IMG/VR virus record: IMGVR_UViG_3300044742_000040
Coordinates: 1-57,495 of that record
Length of the DNA: 57,495 bases
Strand: one strand, 5' to 3'
Origin: a virus
Taxonomy: Duplodnaviria > Caudoviricetes
Positions 1 to 8,620 of this stretch are shown one piece after another. The position numbers and the translations under genes were made by a program. The stretch's first letter is position 1. Each line of letters opens with the position of its first letter. Under the pieces are notes generated by a model. The model saw only the letters and a program-made list of their open reading frames with translations, did no database searches and was not told the origin of the DNA.

Positions 1-200
1 GCCGCGCAGCACAACCAATAAACCAATCATGTACGGAAAGGAATACAGATGGCCGATGCGAGAATCACGGTAAACTTCACTCCCGCAGAGTTTGATCTGA
101 TCCGAGAGTCTTTGGAGTGGGCACGTAGCAACCACGAACGGACTTCCAGGGATAACGAGAACGAGCGCATTTTGCGCGACCAGGCACGGAAGGACGCTTT
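1..200. repeat. Terminal direct repeat / circular assembly overlap, left copy
   Basis: 1-200 matches 57296-57495 except G128 vs A57423. Confidence 0.95.
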
Positions 201-234
201 CCTCCTCGGAGAGATTCTAGGCAAGCTCAAGTAG
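49..234 (+). CDS. Hypothetical protein, 61 aa
   Basis: ORF preceded by AAAGGA RBS. Confidence 0.7.
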   Translation: MADARITVNFTPAEFDLIRESLEWARSNHERTSRDNENERILRDQARKDAFLLGEILGKLK

Positions 235-238
235 GGAC

Positions 239-267
239 TTGACAAATCCTGGTAAGTGTGGTACAAT
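239..267 (+). promoter_or_regulatory. SigA-type promoter with extended -10
   Basis: TTGACA(239-244)-17 nt-TACAAT(262-267), TG at 259-260. Confidence 0.85.
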
Positions 268-273
268 GACTTT

Positions 274-392
274 AGTGCAGTCATGTCGGCTGCACTGAGC
301 TACGGTGACCGAATACATACGAAGTGCCTCGGGTGGACAAGCCCGGTTAGTAGGAATCGTAGCTCAGTGGAGTCGGCAACAAGGGTGTCGGC
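274..392 (+). ncRNA. Structured 5' leader with long stem and alternative hairpins
   Basis: 284-304 pairs with 358-378 (21 positions, one mismatch, GU pairs); competing hairpins at 274-296 and 372-392. Confidence 0.55.
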
Positions 393-415
393 CCAGACAA
401 GGGAGGTAAGACGGT

Positions 416-1423
416 ATGAGCCAGGAGACAATGGAGTGGCTCAACCTGAACACTCTGATTGGGTTTAGTGAAAAGCGTGGAAACGCTTGGCACTATCGTC
501 AGGAGCTTCAGGGGATCGAGTCAAACCATTATGTCGGCCCGGTTCCGGTTGACGACGTTTTGCGTCGTCTGTTCAACTTTGAAGTCGTGGATTCTCCCAT
601 GTACATTCGCAAGCCTACGGGCGAGTACGTGGAGATTCCAGGCCGCAAGGCTGTCGTCCGAGACGATAACGGTATTGTTCTCGGAGTCTTCAAGGATGGC
701 TACCGGGGTCATCAGTATCAGGAGTGGCTGCTTGAGAACGTTGCAACCATTCTGGACGATGATCTTGGTATCGGTTCGGCGGGTCTTCTCAGGTACGGTG
801 GACAGGCATGGGTTTCTGTCGAGGTTCCTGAGAATATCACTACACCTGAAGGTGTAGAGTTTCGTCCTAACCTTCTCGCTGCCACGTCTTTCGATGGTAC
901 TCTCGCAACCACGTTCAAGCGTGTTCGCACGGACGTAGTTTGTGACAATACCCGTGACATGGCACTCGGTGAGGAGGGTCAGCAGTTCAAGGTTAAGCAT
1001 ACAAAGTATTCAGGCTATCGTATCAATGACGCACGTGAGGCTTTGCAGATCGTGCATCAGATGGCCGATGAATTCGCAGAGGAGGTTGCTAACCTTACTG
1101 CATGGAAGGTGTCTGACGAGCAGTTTCTTAAGCACCTTCAGATCATGATTCCCGTGAACGATGAACTGTCCAAGGTTGCAATGACCAAGGCAGAGCATAA
1201 GCGAGCGGACATTGTGAATCTGTACAACAATGACTTGCGTGTGGCACCGTGGAGAGGTACAGCGTTCGGAGTTTCCGCAGCGTACAATACGTGGAGACTT
1301 CATCTTGGTACGATCCGCAAGGGTGTGCCTAGGCAGGTTCGCAACATGGAGAACCTGATCAATGGAAAGAACGGGCTTGAGGATACGCACGTTCTTGAGG
1401 TTCTCGCGGAAGTGACCGCGTAG
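416..1423 (+). CDS. DUF932 / phage-plasmid-like (TIGR03299-type) protein
   Basis: AWH, SAGLLRYGGQAW, TSFDGT, VVCDNT, KHT and GTAFG motifs; RBS CAAGGGAGG. Confidence 0.85.
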   Translation: MSQETMEWLNLNTLIGFSEKRGNAWHYRQELQGIESNHYVGPVPVDDVLRRLFNFEVVDSPMYIRKPTGEYVEIPGRKAVVRDDNGIVLGVFKDGYRGHQYQEWLLENVATILDDDLGIGSAGLLRYGGQAWVSVEVPENITTPEGVEFRPNLLAATSFDGTLATTFKRVRTDVVCDNTRDMALGEEGQQFKVKHTKYSGYRINDAREALQIVHQMADEFAEEVANLTAWKVSDEQFLKHLQIMIPVNDELSKVAMTKAEHKRADIVNLYNNDLRVAPWRGTAFGVSAAYNTWRLHLGTIRKGVPRQVRNMENLINGKNGLEDTHVLEVLAEVTA

Positions 1424-1434
1424 CGGTCACGAAA

Positions 1435-1548
1435 ATGCGGAGAGTGTACGTCAGGTCGAATACGTCGTCGTGCGGGATTGAAGCCCCGCGTCCCATGACT
1501 GAAAACAGGGATCAGCCTGGTATCCACCGATCCGTACACTCTCCGTAT
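1435..1548 (+). ncRNA. Long-stem-enclosed structured RNA element
   Basis: ATGCGGAGAGTGTACG (1435-1450) pairs with CGTACACTCTCCGTAT (1533-1548); internal hairpins. Confidence 0.55.
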
Positions 1549-1582
1549 AAATCTTCAGGAGAGAGAATCGGAACAATGAGAA

Positions 1583-2119
1583 TTGAAACTCAAAGCCGTT
1601 ATGATACTACTGTGTACAGTGGTAATTGTGGGTTCTCTCGCAGAAAGCAATCCTCGCCAATCAGTAGTTGAAAGACACAGCGAGATACTTGAGACAGAGT
1701 TGGTAGTTTCACAACTTCCCCCACTTGCTCAGGTAAAGCTGTTAACACAGTCTCTAGTCACCCTAGCAACATTCAAGGCAAACAAGTATTGGGGTGGCAC
1801 TCGTTGTACAAGTATCAAGTACAACTACCATTTGCTACCGGATAGTCAGATAGCAGCAGCACGATGGTATTCGTACAAGCGAAGTTCTGCTAAGTATTTC
1901 CAGTGTTCAGTTACGTTCAACACCAATCCTCAGAAGGTAGAGATATCCTTCTACCATTACTGCGGTGCTCTGATCCATGAGTTTGGTCACCTTGAGGGCT
2001 ACCATCAGATAGGTGGACTGGACGATGGATCGCATGCGCGTAACAAGCGGAACATCATGTATCCTGTGCTGTCGGATGCCAATATCCCCGAAACGTGCAA
2101 GGCACGAATATTTCCGTAA
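1583..2119 (+). CDS. Exported metzincin (matrixin-like) zinc metalloprotease
   Basis: Hydrophobic N-terminus; HEFGHLEGYH zinc motif; downstream NIMYP Met-turn. Confidence 0.75.
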   Translation: MKLKAVMILLCTVVIVGSLAESNPRQSVVERHSEILETELVVSQLPPLAQVKLLTQSLVTLATFKANKYWGGTRCTSIKYNYHLLPDSQIAAARWYSYKRSSAKYFQCSVTFNTNPQKVEISFYHYCGALIHEFGHLEGYHQIGGLDDGSHARNKRNIMYPVLSDANIPETCKARIFP

Positions 2120-2135
2120 CCAAGGGAGATACAAA

Positions 2136-2369
2136 ATGAGCGACACAATTCGTATGGAGATTGAGCTTGAAGACCAGTCAGATAAGCCGCCGACAATCCT
2201 GCTAGGTTTTGAGATTGGATCGGCAACGCTAGATGATGGTCGCAAGCTCAGCATTACAGGATCAGGTAGAAAGCTTCGGTTTGAAGTCTTCAACACCGAG
2301 AGTCGCAAGATGATCAAGCAGTATGATCTTGACCTGACTCCGATTGCATCGGAGGTTGCACACCGATGA
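2136..2369 (+). CDS. Hypothetical protein
   Basis: ATG 2136 after ACCAAGGGAG RBS. Confidence 0.7.
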   Translation: MSDTIRMEIELEDQSDKPPTILLGFEIGSATLDDGRKLSITGSGRKLRFEVFNTESRKMIKQYDLDLTPIASEVAHR

Positions 2370-2569
2370 GATACTCATGGACACAGCCGTGTTGCATGTC
2401 CTGTTGGGATGAAAGAAATCCGAATCGTCCAGCAATTCAAATGCGTGCGCCTACCCGCGTACTTGAAACTTGCGTGTATTGCGGTAGCGATACTAACGAT
2501 GGTATCTACGTTCGTCTTGATCCATCAACCGCACCGCATCCTACGTTGACCAAGGATGAAAGTATATGA
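2366..2569 (+). CDS. Small Cys-rich (zinc-finger-like) protein
   Basis: CxxC...CxxC; ATGA coupling. Confidence 0.65.
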   Translation: MRYSWTQPCCMSCWDERNPNRPAIQMRAPTRVLETCVYCGSDTNDGIYVRLDPSTAPHPTLTKDESI

Positions 2570-2874
2570 TCGACCAAGCTACATGCAGGCTATACGTGGG
2601 CGGCACAGTCGAGGTAGAATTAGAGGATCGTGTCTATCCTGACCGCACGTGTGGACAGTACGAGGCAGGATGGTGGGTCTACGATGTTGACGTTGCACCC
2701 GACAAGCATCCGATTGAATACTTCATGAGCGAGTCGGGAATTCTGTATGACTTTGACATTGTATCCGGCAGCTTCACACACCCCTGTGGGATTTGGCCGA
2801 AGCAGGCTCGCCGCATACGTGAGCAAGAAGCAAAGGACGAGCTAATCGAACGGAGCTTCGATGCCTACCGTTAG
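2566..2874 (+). CDS. Hypothetical protein
   Basis: ATGA overlap, fits operon. Confidence 0.6.
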   Translation: MIDQATCRLYVGGTVEVELEDRVYPDRTCGQYEAGWWVYDVDVAPDKHPIEYFMSESGILYDFDIVSGSFTHPCGIWPKQARRIREQEAKDELIERSFDAYR

Positions 2875-3037
2875 TAGCGATATTGTGGATGCCATTCAAG
2901 ATTTCGGTATCGCAATCCTGATCTTTTACGTGATTCTGATTCACAACAAAATGTTGGATATGCAAGATGATATCGAGCGTATCCTAGAATCCAAATGGTT
3001 TCCAGAACCAAGGGAGGTAAGTGAAGATGAAGTATAA
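2861..3037 (+). CDS. Small membrane protein, 58 aa (not in ORF track)
   Basis: MPTVSSDIVDAIQDFGIAILIFYVILIH...; GGAG RBS; one TM segment. Confidence 0.55.
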   Translation: MPTVSSDIVDAIQDFGIAILIFYVILIHNKMLDMQDDIERILESKWFPEPREVSEDEV

Positions 3038-3419
3038 GGAAGCACAGGAGCTTGCGGCAGGTCTGCGTGAGCTTGCAGATTTCGTGGATGCTCATGGAGT
3101 TGAGCTTCCCACGTTTACGCTTAATTCAACGTACAATTTTTTGTACGATGACTACAACGGTCGTACTGCGAAAGAGAAGGCACGTATCTGTGCCAAGACT
3201 CTCGCTAAGGGTGGCCGCGCCGATAAGAACTTTGAAGGTAACTATCTTGAGTTGTCTCGGAACTTCGGCCCGATCAAGGTTGAGTTCAATGTCGCACGTG
3301 AGCAAGTCTGCAACAAGCGTGTTGTGGAAGTTATTGAGCATCCCAAGCGCGTGATTAAAGCATGGAAAGAGGAAGTTGTCGAATGGGATTGCATCGATCC
3401 CCTGTTGAAAGCGAGCTAA
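3027..3419 (+). CDS. Hypothetical protein
   Basis: RBS ACCAAGGGAGGT; start GTG 3021 or ATG 3027. Confidence 0.75.
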   Translation: MKYKEAQELAAGLRELADFVDAHGVELPTFTLNSTYNFLYDDYNGRTAKEKARICAKTLAKGGRADKNFEGNYLELSRNFGPIKVEFNVAREQVCNKRVVEVIEHPKRVIKAWKEEVVEWDCIDPLLKAS

Positions 3420-3421
3420 AT

Positions 3422-3751
3422 ATGAAAGAACTAGCTAAGAGTCATTGGTCGCCACCTGATACAGTTTCAAGTAGAGAGGCTGACGTGTTCGACCATAAGC
3501 ATAGGGATCGTGTGGATTTCCTAAATCCTATCGCTATGTCACAACTTCAGACAGCGGTGAAAGCAAAGAAGAAAACGGTAATCCTCAACGGTGAGAAGTT
3601 CGACATTACCTATGGGATTATCTATCACTCCAAAGTCACAGAGGATTACGAGCAGATCAAGCTTAAGCGATCCGATGGAAGCTATGCGCCTATGGCTTAT
3701 GTGAGACTAAGCAAGATTCTCGCGTATGACTTTGAGGAGGATAAGCGGTGA
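3422..3751 (+). CDS. Hypothetical protein
   Basis: ATG just after upstream stop. Confidence 0.6.
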   Translation: MKELAKSHWSPPDTVSSREADVFDHKHRDRVDFLNPIAMSQLQTAVKAKKKTVILNGEKFDITYGIIYHSKVTEDYEQIKLKRSDGSYAPMAYVRLSKILAYDFEEDKR

Positions 3752-4041
3752 GCGAGGCTGAGCCGCTGTTTGAAGTAATCAGCGGAGACGAGTTTCGCAA
3801 GGAATCAATCTCGCGTACAAGACGTGAGGTTGTCACGGAGCCAAGACTTCAGACGATATGGTTTGCACTACCGACAGAACCAGGGTGGTGTACTGTCCGT
3901 ATTCATAAAGAAATACAAAGTTTGCTATCCCCGGAGAAACGTGTGATACGTGATCAATACCCGGTGAGACATGTCTTTGAGATTAGTCCTGGCTTGTTCG
4001 TATGCCGAGATTGCTTTATGGCCGAGGCTGACAAGGAATGA
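3748..4041 (+). CDS. Hypothetical protein with N-terminal LFEVIS motif and C-terminal CxxC
   Basis: GAGGAGG RBS, GTGA overlap. Confidence 0.7.
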   Translation: MSEAEPLFEVISGDEFRKESISRTRREVVTEPRLQTIWFALPTEPGWCTVRIHKEIQSLLSPEKRVIRDQYPVRHVFEISPGLFVCRDCFMAEADKE

Positions 4042-4499
4042 AAGTCATTGTTTTTGAAAAGGAAAACAGTCTGCGTGTTTTAGTGGATGATGAAGATTAT
4101 CCACTCCTGTCTCGGCACAAGTGGTATCCGATGCGTGTGCGTCAGAGTGATAAAGTGTATGCACAGCGTAGAGTCACGTCATTTTGCACAGAACTAATGC
4201 ATCGCTTAATACTTGGTATGCCTCCATCCGGCATGGTTATCGATCATATCAATAACAATGGTTTAGATAACCAGAAAGAGAATCTGCGCTTTCTACTAAA
4301 TGCCGAAAATATCCGACGACGCTACGAAGATAACCCTGATACGGGTATCAAGCTCAAGGTGGATAAAATCGAGAATCCGTGGCAAGCGCAGGTTTCTCTA
4401 GGTGGTAAAACTCGTCACGTGGGCTACTTTCCAACTAAGGAAATTGCTATAGCCGCACGTGATAAAGCTATTGAGGACTATCTTCGGGAGAACCAATGA
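4038..4499 (+). CDS. HNH endonuclease with AP2 DNA-binding domain
   Basis: MHRLI...IDHINNNGLDNQKENLR; C-terminal WQAQV...HVGYF...AIAARD. Confidence 0.9.
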   Translation: MKVIVFEKENSLRVLVDDEDYPLLSRHKWYPMRVRQSDKVYAQRRVTSFCTELMHRLILGMPPSGMVIDHINNNGLDNQKENLRFLLNAENIRRRYEDNPDTGIKLKVDKIENPWQAQVSLGGKTRHVGYFPTKEIAIAARDKAIEDYLRENQ

Positions 4500-4948
4500 A
4501 CGAGACTCCCACCATCTTCTATCATATGACTCGCATGTACGACGAACTTGAGTCACGTGCAGCACTTGACAGCGATGGTAAACTAAAGTTTGAGGGATCG
4601 AAAGTTGAAGCCTTCCGCGCTCTGAACGTGAGCCAGGGCTATTACACAGAGATATTCGACTCCCTCACAGAGATGGGTTGTATTGAGCAAGTGAGGCGTG
4701 GAGCAGGGCATCAGGGTACCGTGATCTTCCTGCACCACAAACCCACGATGGATCAATTTACACAAATCTATCGGGGTGTCTTGACAAAAGCCTCCCCGCT
4801 TGATACGATCCGTCAACAGATAAACGACGTGAACAGGAGGTTGCCTGACATAGACCTTAAGAGTTTCATTTTGAGTCTTGATCAGAGGCTAGGAGCAATC
4901 GAGGCGCGACTAGACCAGATCGAGCGCAAGGCTAAAGGGAGGAAATAG
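4496..4948 (+). CDS. Hypothetical protein, possible winged helix plus coiled coil
   Basis: Helix/wing-like pattern LTEMGCIEQVRRG; heptad C-terminus. Confidence 0.6.
   Translation: MNETPTIFYHMTRMYDELESRAALDSDGKLKFEGSKVEAFRALNVSQGYYTEIFDSLTEMGCIEQVRRGAGHQGTVIFLHHKPTMDQFTQIYRGVLTKASPLDTIRQQINDVNRRLPDIDLKSFILSLDQRLGAIEARLDQIERKAKGRK
4781..4809 (+). promoter_or_regulatory. Internal SigA-type promoter upstream of the 5005 gene
   Basis: TTGACA-17 nt-TACGAT with extended TG. Confidence 0.6.
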
Positions 4949-5004
4949 ATTTGCCTCGTAGACGTAGTACACAATCCACAAGCACTACAAACGAAGGAGA
5001 GACA

Positions 5005-5343
5005 ATGAGCGATACGGCAGTCGAGAATCTCTTTGAGGAGATTTCGGCAGACGAGTGGCGCGAGGAGGGTGGCGGCGGCTCTGCGGAGCGTGGCCTCTAC
5101 ACGAAGGTTCTCGTTCAGTTCCACACTGGCGGTAAGCGGTATGCACGGATTCCGATGAATCGTGGCGTGTTCAATGGAAAGAAGTCTTCCTCGGTTGCTA
5201 CGGCACTGAAGAATGCGAAGGATTCCAAGAACGCACCTGACGGACTCGACACGATCAAGGTGTCTTCGCGTGGCGCGAATGACGAGAAGGGTATCGTCGG
5301 AATGGTGTTCCTTGAGAACACCGCTGTTTCGGACGAGAGCTAA
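5005..5343 (+). CDS. Putative small DNA-binding protein with LFEEIS N-terminal motif
   Basis: AAGGAGA RBS; basic alpha/beta core; function inferred. Confidence 0.65.
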   Translation: MSDTAVENLFEEISADEWREEGGGGSAERGLYTKVLVQFHTGGKRYARIPMNRGVFNGKKSSSVATALKNAKDSKNAPDGLDTIKVSSRGANDEKGIVGMVFLENTAVSDES

Positions 5344-5357
5344 TCTCACTTAGTTGA

Positions 5358-5606
5358 ATGAAGGGTGTCATGCAAAATTACGAGGCAAGTAGCGTGACAC
5401 CCTTTGTTGAAATAACGGAGATTAACATGTGGCAACTCAATTATCATAACCGTCCTGACTTTCTCGATTATTTCGAGGACGAGCAGGACTACGTGGATGC
5501 CATGTTCATTCTCATTGTCTACCAGAACTTCGGCATCCTGCTTCGGCAGGATATGCTGATGCAAGATTGGGAGCCGACGGGCGACCATAGGGGTGTGGCT
5601 GAATAA
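5358..5606 (+). CDS. Hypothetical acidic protein
   Basis: ORF track; start could be 5370. Confidence 0.5.
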   Translation: MKGVMQNYEASSVTPFVEITEINMWQLNYHNRPDFLDYFEDEQDYVDAMFILIVYQNFGILLRQDMLMQDWEPTGDHRGVAE

Positions 5607-5615
5607 CGTCAGCAC

Positions 5616-5742
5616 GATGGCGTAAAGCACTACCGGCTCAGACATGAGTTCTCCGAATGGGGGAAACGGTAGGTTTCGGGGTTATTGATTATCTAATGGT
5701 AATCGTGCCCCCGGTTGTGGGTAAATCCATAATCCCACCATC
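5616..5742 (+). ncRNA. Multi-branched structured RNA candidate
   Basis: GATGG/CCATC closing stem; CTACCG/CGGTAG three-way junction; CGGGG/CCCCG and GTTGTGG/CCATAAT stems; intergenic. Confidence 0.5.
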
Positions 5743-5757
5743 CCACTAATTTCTAAG

Positions 5758-5839
5758 TTCGGGGGTAATGACGAGTACGGAGTTATGGCGACTAGCTCAG
5801 CGGCCAAGTCCATGACCGAGGAAAGGCTTTGCCCCCGAA
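5758..5839 (+). ncRNA. Long-stem-enclosed structured RNA element
   Basis: TTCGGGGGTAA pairs with TTGCCCCCGAA; inner GTTATGG/CCATGAC stem. Confidence 0.5.
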
Positions 5840-5865
5840 GTTTGTGAGCGACCAAGGGAGGTTAC

Positions 5866-6126
5866 ATGCTCACGTGGGACGAGACAAAAGCGGCTGTGCA
5901 TGAGGCACAGACAACTAGCAAAGAGGATTTTGAGCGGCATCTTGCAGACTATATCGTGCAGGATGCAGTCGGAAAGCTCATCGATGATTACGTGAAGATC
6001 ACCTTTGCGCGGTACGGTGGAGTCAATGAGGAAACTGCCGAAATCGTAGCTCACGAAGCTGCAATATTTATGACCGGAGTGCAGGTTGGCTGGTACATGG
6101 CCGAGCATGCATTCAAACGATCATGA
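5866..6126 (+). CDS. Hypothetical protein
   Basis: RBS ACCAAGGGAGGT. Confidence 0.75.
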   Translation: MLTWDETKAAVHEAQTTSKEDFERHLADYIVQDAVGKLIDDYVKITFARYGGVNEETAEIVAHEAAIFMTGVQVGWYMAEHAFKRS

Positions 6127-7079
6127 GTAGGCATGATCAGGGCTGGCAGTGTGCGCTAGATACACAGATGGATCAGTTGAAGTGGCAGAAGCAACCTTTT
6201 GCCGAGAGACTGACCCGTAACTTCTTTGAAACTGTACTAGAGAAGACGAACGCACCTGCCGGTGCGATAGTTAACGATGTTAACACACTGACCAGAAATA
6301 TCAGTGAAGTCCTGTGGCGTGGTGATACGATGTACGTCACACAGGACATGCAGCACCTAATGATACAAGCTGCACACGATCTGCCTGAAGACTACCGATG
6401 GGATATGCACACTCTACTGTGCCCCTTCGGATTCTGCATGCTAGAGGAAACAATCTATGGCGAAGACGTACACGGTGAGACACTTGGTATGTCTGCAATG
6501 TCATGGAGCCTCTTGCGTCACAGCGATGATCAGCAAGTGCTAGCAATATACTTCTGGACTTCGACCAGTGACGTAGTAGATGCAGTCAATACCAAATTGA
6601 TACCGAAGATGCGCGCAGATGGGTTAGCCATAGGCCCACTCATGCTGAGTCACTACTATCTACTAGGTGACGGAGAAAGCGTGACCCCTGGTAAGGATGA
6701 CAACAACCCACAGGGGAGCGACCTTGTAGATGCAACTCTAGGATTGTTTGCGGCCATGAACATCTTGGCTCACCAGACAATCGGTGAACCTATCAAGCTG
6801 CCGCCCAATCGTGCAAGTCGAAAGCGTTATGCACGTGACTTCACGAATGCGCCAGAGCGTATGATTACACTGATTACGCTACGTCGCAAAACCGCACAGA
6901 AGCAAGACCCGGATGCCCCACCTGTGCCGTGGTCGAGGCGATGGGTCGTCCGTGGTCACTGGCGCAAGCAGCCTGACAAAGCCGGATGGCACTGGACGTA
7001 CATCTACGAATATATCAAAGGCCCGGAAGACAAACCGCTAATCGTCACAGAGCGCAGAGTATTCAACTTCAGGAGATAG
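6123..7079 (+). CDS. Phage protein with C-terminal VRGHWR motif
   Basis: WVVRGHWRKQP...YIKGPEDKP. Confidence 0.8.
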   Translation: MSRHDQGWQCALDTQMDQLKWQKQPFAERLTRNFFETVLEKTNAPAGAIVNDVNTLTRNISEVLWRGDTMYVTQDMQHLMIQAAHDLPEDYRWDMHTLLCPFGFCMLEETIYGEDVHGETLGMSAMSWSLLRHSDDQQVLAIYFWTSTSDVVDAVNTKLIPKMRADGLAIGPLMLSHYYLLGDGESVTPGKDDNNPQGSDLVDATLGLFAAMNILAHQTIGEPIKLPPNRASRKRYARDFTNAPERMITLITLRRKTAQKQDPDAPPVPWSRRWVVRGHWRKQPDKAGWHWTYIYEYIKGPEDKPLIVTERRVFNFRR

Positions 7080-7080
7080 C

Positions 7081-7224
7081 ATGGATGCGCTAGATAAATT
7101 ACGGGAAGCAGCATTGGAAGCTGCTAAGGCAGGTTTCTACGGTGACTATATCGTCGCTGTAGTCCACACGGTACTGATCAAGAACAACGTAACCATGAAC
7201 CCAGGAGAGGACTCGCAGAAGTAG
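7081..7224 (+). CDS. Small hypothetical protein, 47 aa
   Basis: AGGAG RBS; fills the operon gap. Confidence 0.55.
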   Translation: MDALDKLREAALEAAKAGFYGDYIVAVVHTVLIKNNVTMNPGEDSQK

Positions 7225-7225
7225 T

Positions 7226-7453
7226 ATGGATATTACGGTACCTGATAGTGTTTCATTCTACACAGAGGAATATAGGAACGGCATGTGGAAATGGGGTAAC
7301 TACTGCTTCGCGCATGCTGTGCTTCGCGCTCTTGAAAGCGAGCAGATCAAGACGAAACTTGTGGAATCCTATCTTAGTCCTCCGTGCGATGATTGTACGA
7401 ACTTCGGTGACCCACAGTCGCACGAACTCTCGTCTCTCAGGAGGGAGCAGTAG
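7226..7453 (+). CDS. Hypothetical protein
   Basis: ORF track; tight gene packing. Confidence 0.55.
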   Translation: MDITVPDSVSFYTEEYRNGMWKWGNYCFAHAVLRALESEQIKTKLVESYLSPPCDDCTNFGDPQSHELSSLRREQ

Positions 7454-7454
7454 T

Positions 7455-8018
7455 ATGGATATCGAAAAGAAACGCGCCGAGTACATGACGTGGGACAGGG
7501 AACGTCTCGCTGATTACATCATCAATCGGACTCTCAACAATTTCGTAGCTCGCTACGCAGATTATGGGGATGACGAGGATGGTGTTGTCCGTGATCATGA
7601 CAAGCGTATTCCCTATATCGGATGGTTCTGGCGGGACGTAGACTTTGCAAGTAGAGAGCCGTACATTCCGATTGGTAATTGTGGAGAATTCATCGGCTTC
7701 ATGGAGAACAACAAATGGGATTACCCGCAGCGTCGGCTTACTCCCGATGAAGTCAAGCAAGTTGTGGATATCGTGTGTGAGGCTCACCGTCTAAATAGAG
7801 AAGGTGGCTTGCTCTCTGATATCGAGAAGAACACAATTGCCAAGCTTGAGGAATTGTGGCCGGTAATGCAGACGTTCAAGATTGGGACTACGGGCTACTG
7901 GATTTACGGCCCACAGGGACAGGTCGGCCATGCTGACGACGCCGATGCTGCAAACACAATGATCGTAATGCTCCAAGAGGCGGCACCCGGACTGCGCTAC
8001 TGGAAGGAACCAGTGTAA
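7455..8018 (+). CDS. Hypothetical protein
   Basis: GGAGGGAG RBS before ATG 7455. Confidence 0.7.
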   Translation: MDIEKKRAEYMTWDRERLADYIINRTLNNFVARYADYGDDEDGVVRDHDKRIPYIGWFWRDVDFASREPYIPIGNCGEFIGFMENNKWDYPQRRLTPDEVKQVVDIVCEAHRLNREGGLLSDIEKNTIAKLEELWPVMQTFKIGTTGYWIYGPQGQVGHADDADAANTMIVMLQEAAPGLRYWKEPV

Positions 8019-8082
8019 TCGTTTTCCGTTCTGGCAACGCAGATTTCCGCGCGCATTTTTTCTAGGATTTAGGAGGGTAGGT

Positions 8083-8256
8083 ATGGCTAAGCGAACTAAG
8101 ATCATAAAGGTCAAGGGTCACTACCGTTCGATCCCTGACGAATCGACTGGACATTTCTATACCGATAGACTCGGACACGAAGTCTACATCGTCAAGATGA
8201 AGAAGATATACGTAAAGGGATACGACAAGATTGTGGTATACGACGATGGTACTTGA
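8083..8256 (+). CDS. Small basic protein with VKGHYR motif, 57 aa (not in ORF track)
   Basis: AGGAGG RBS; MAKRTKIIKVKGHYRSIP... Confidence 0.7.
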   Translation: MAKRTKIIKVKGHYRSIPDESTGHFYTDRLGHEVYIVKMKKIYVKGYDKIVVYDDGT

Positions 8257-8278
8257 TAATTCAACTCAGGATGGCGGC

Positions 8279-8620
8279 ATGGAAGCTGACGAATTTTATG
8301 GGATGGCGAAGGAACCAGGCTTTCCTGATGAAATGATCTTTCAGATTCACGCAGCGAATCCAAAGAATGAAGGTACGTTCTCCCGTGAGGGTATAACTGA
8401 CACAGTTGAACTCATGGACGCCTTCATCATGGCGCGTGTCTTTGCGACTTGGAAGAAAACAGGGAACCCACCGAAGCATATGAAGATGCATGTCAAGATC
8501 GAATGGGAACCTGAAACTAACATTGCTTTGCAGATCGGTGATATTCCCTGGTTCGATGGCGACCTAGCTGGCAACGGCTTGACACAGGTAGATGGGGAGA
8601 ATAGAATCCCTCGCGCATGA
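8279..8620 (+). CDS. Hypothetical protein
   Basis: ORF track; start uncertain. Confidence 0.6.
   Translation: MEADEFYGMAKEPGFPDEMIFQIHAANPKNEGTFSREGITDTVELMDAFIMARVFATWKKTGNPPKHMKMHVKIEWEPETNIALQIGDIPWFDGDLAGNGLTQVDGENRIPRA

Noticed and set aside
5765-5830. Hammerhead ribozyme (TGACGAG...GAAA)
   Set aside because: The core reads ATGACGA rather than CTGANGA, and stems I and III could not be built.
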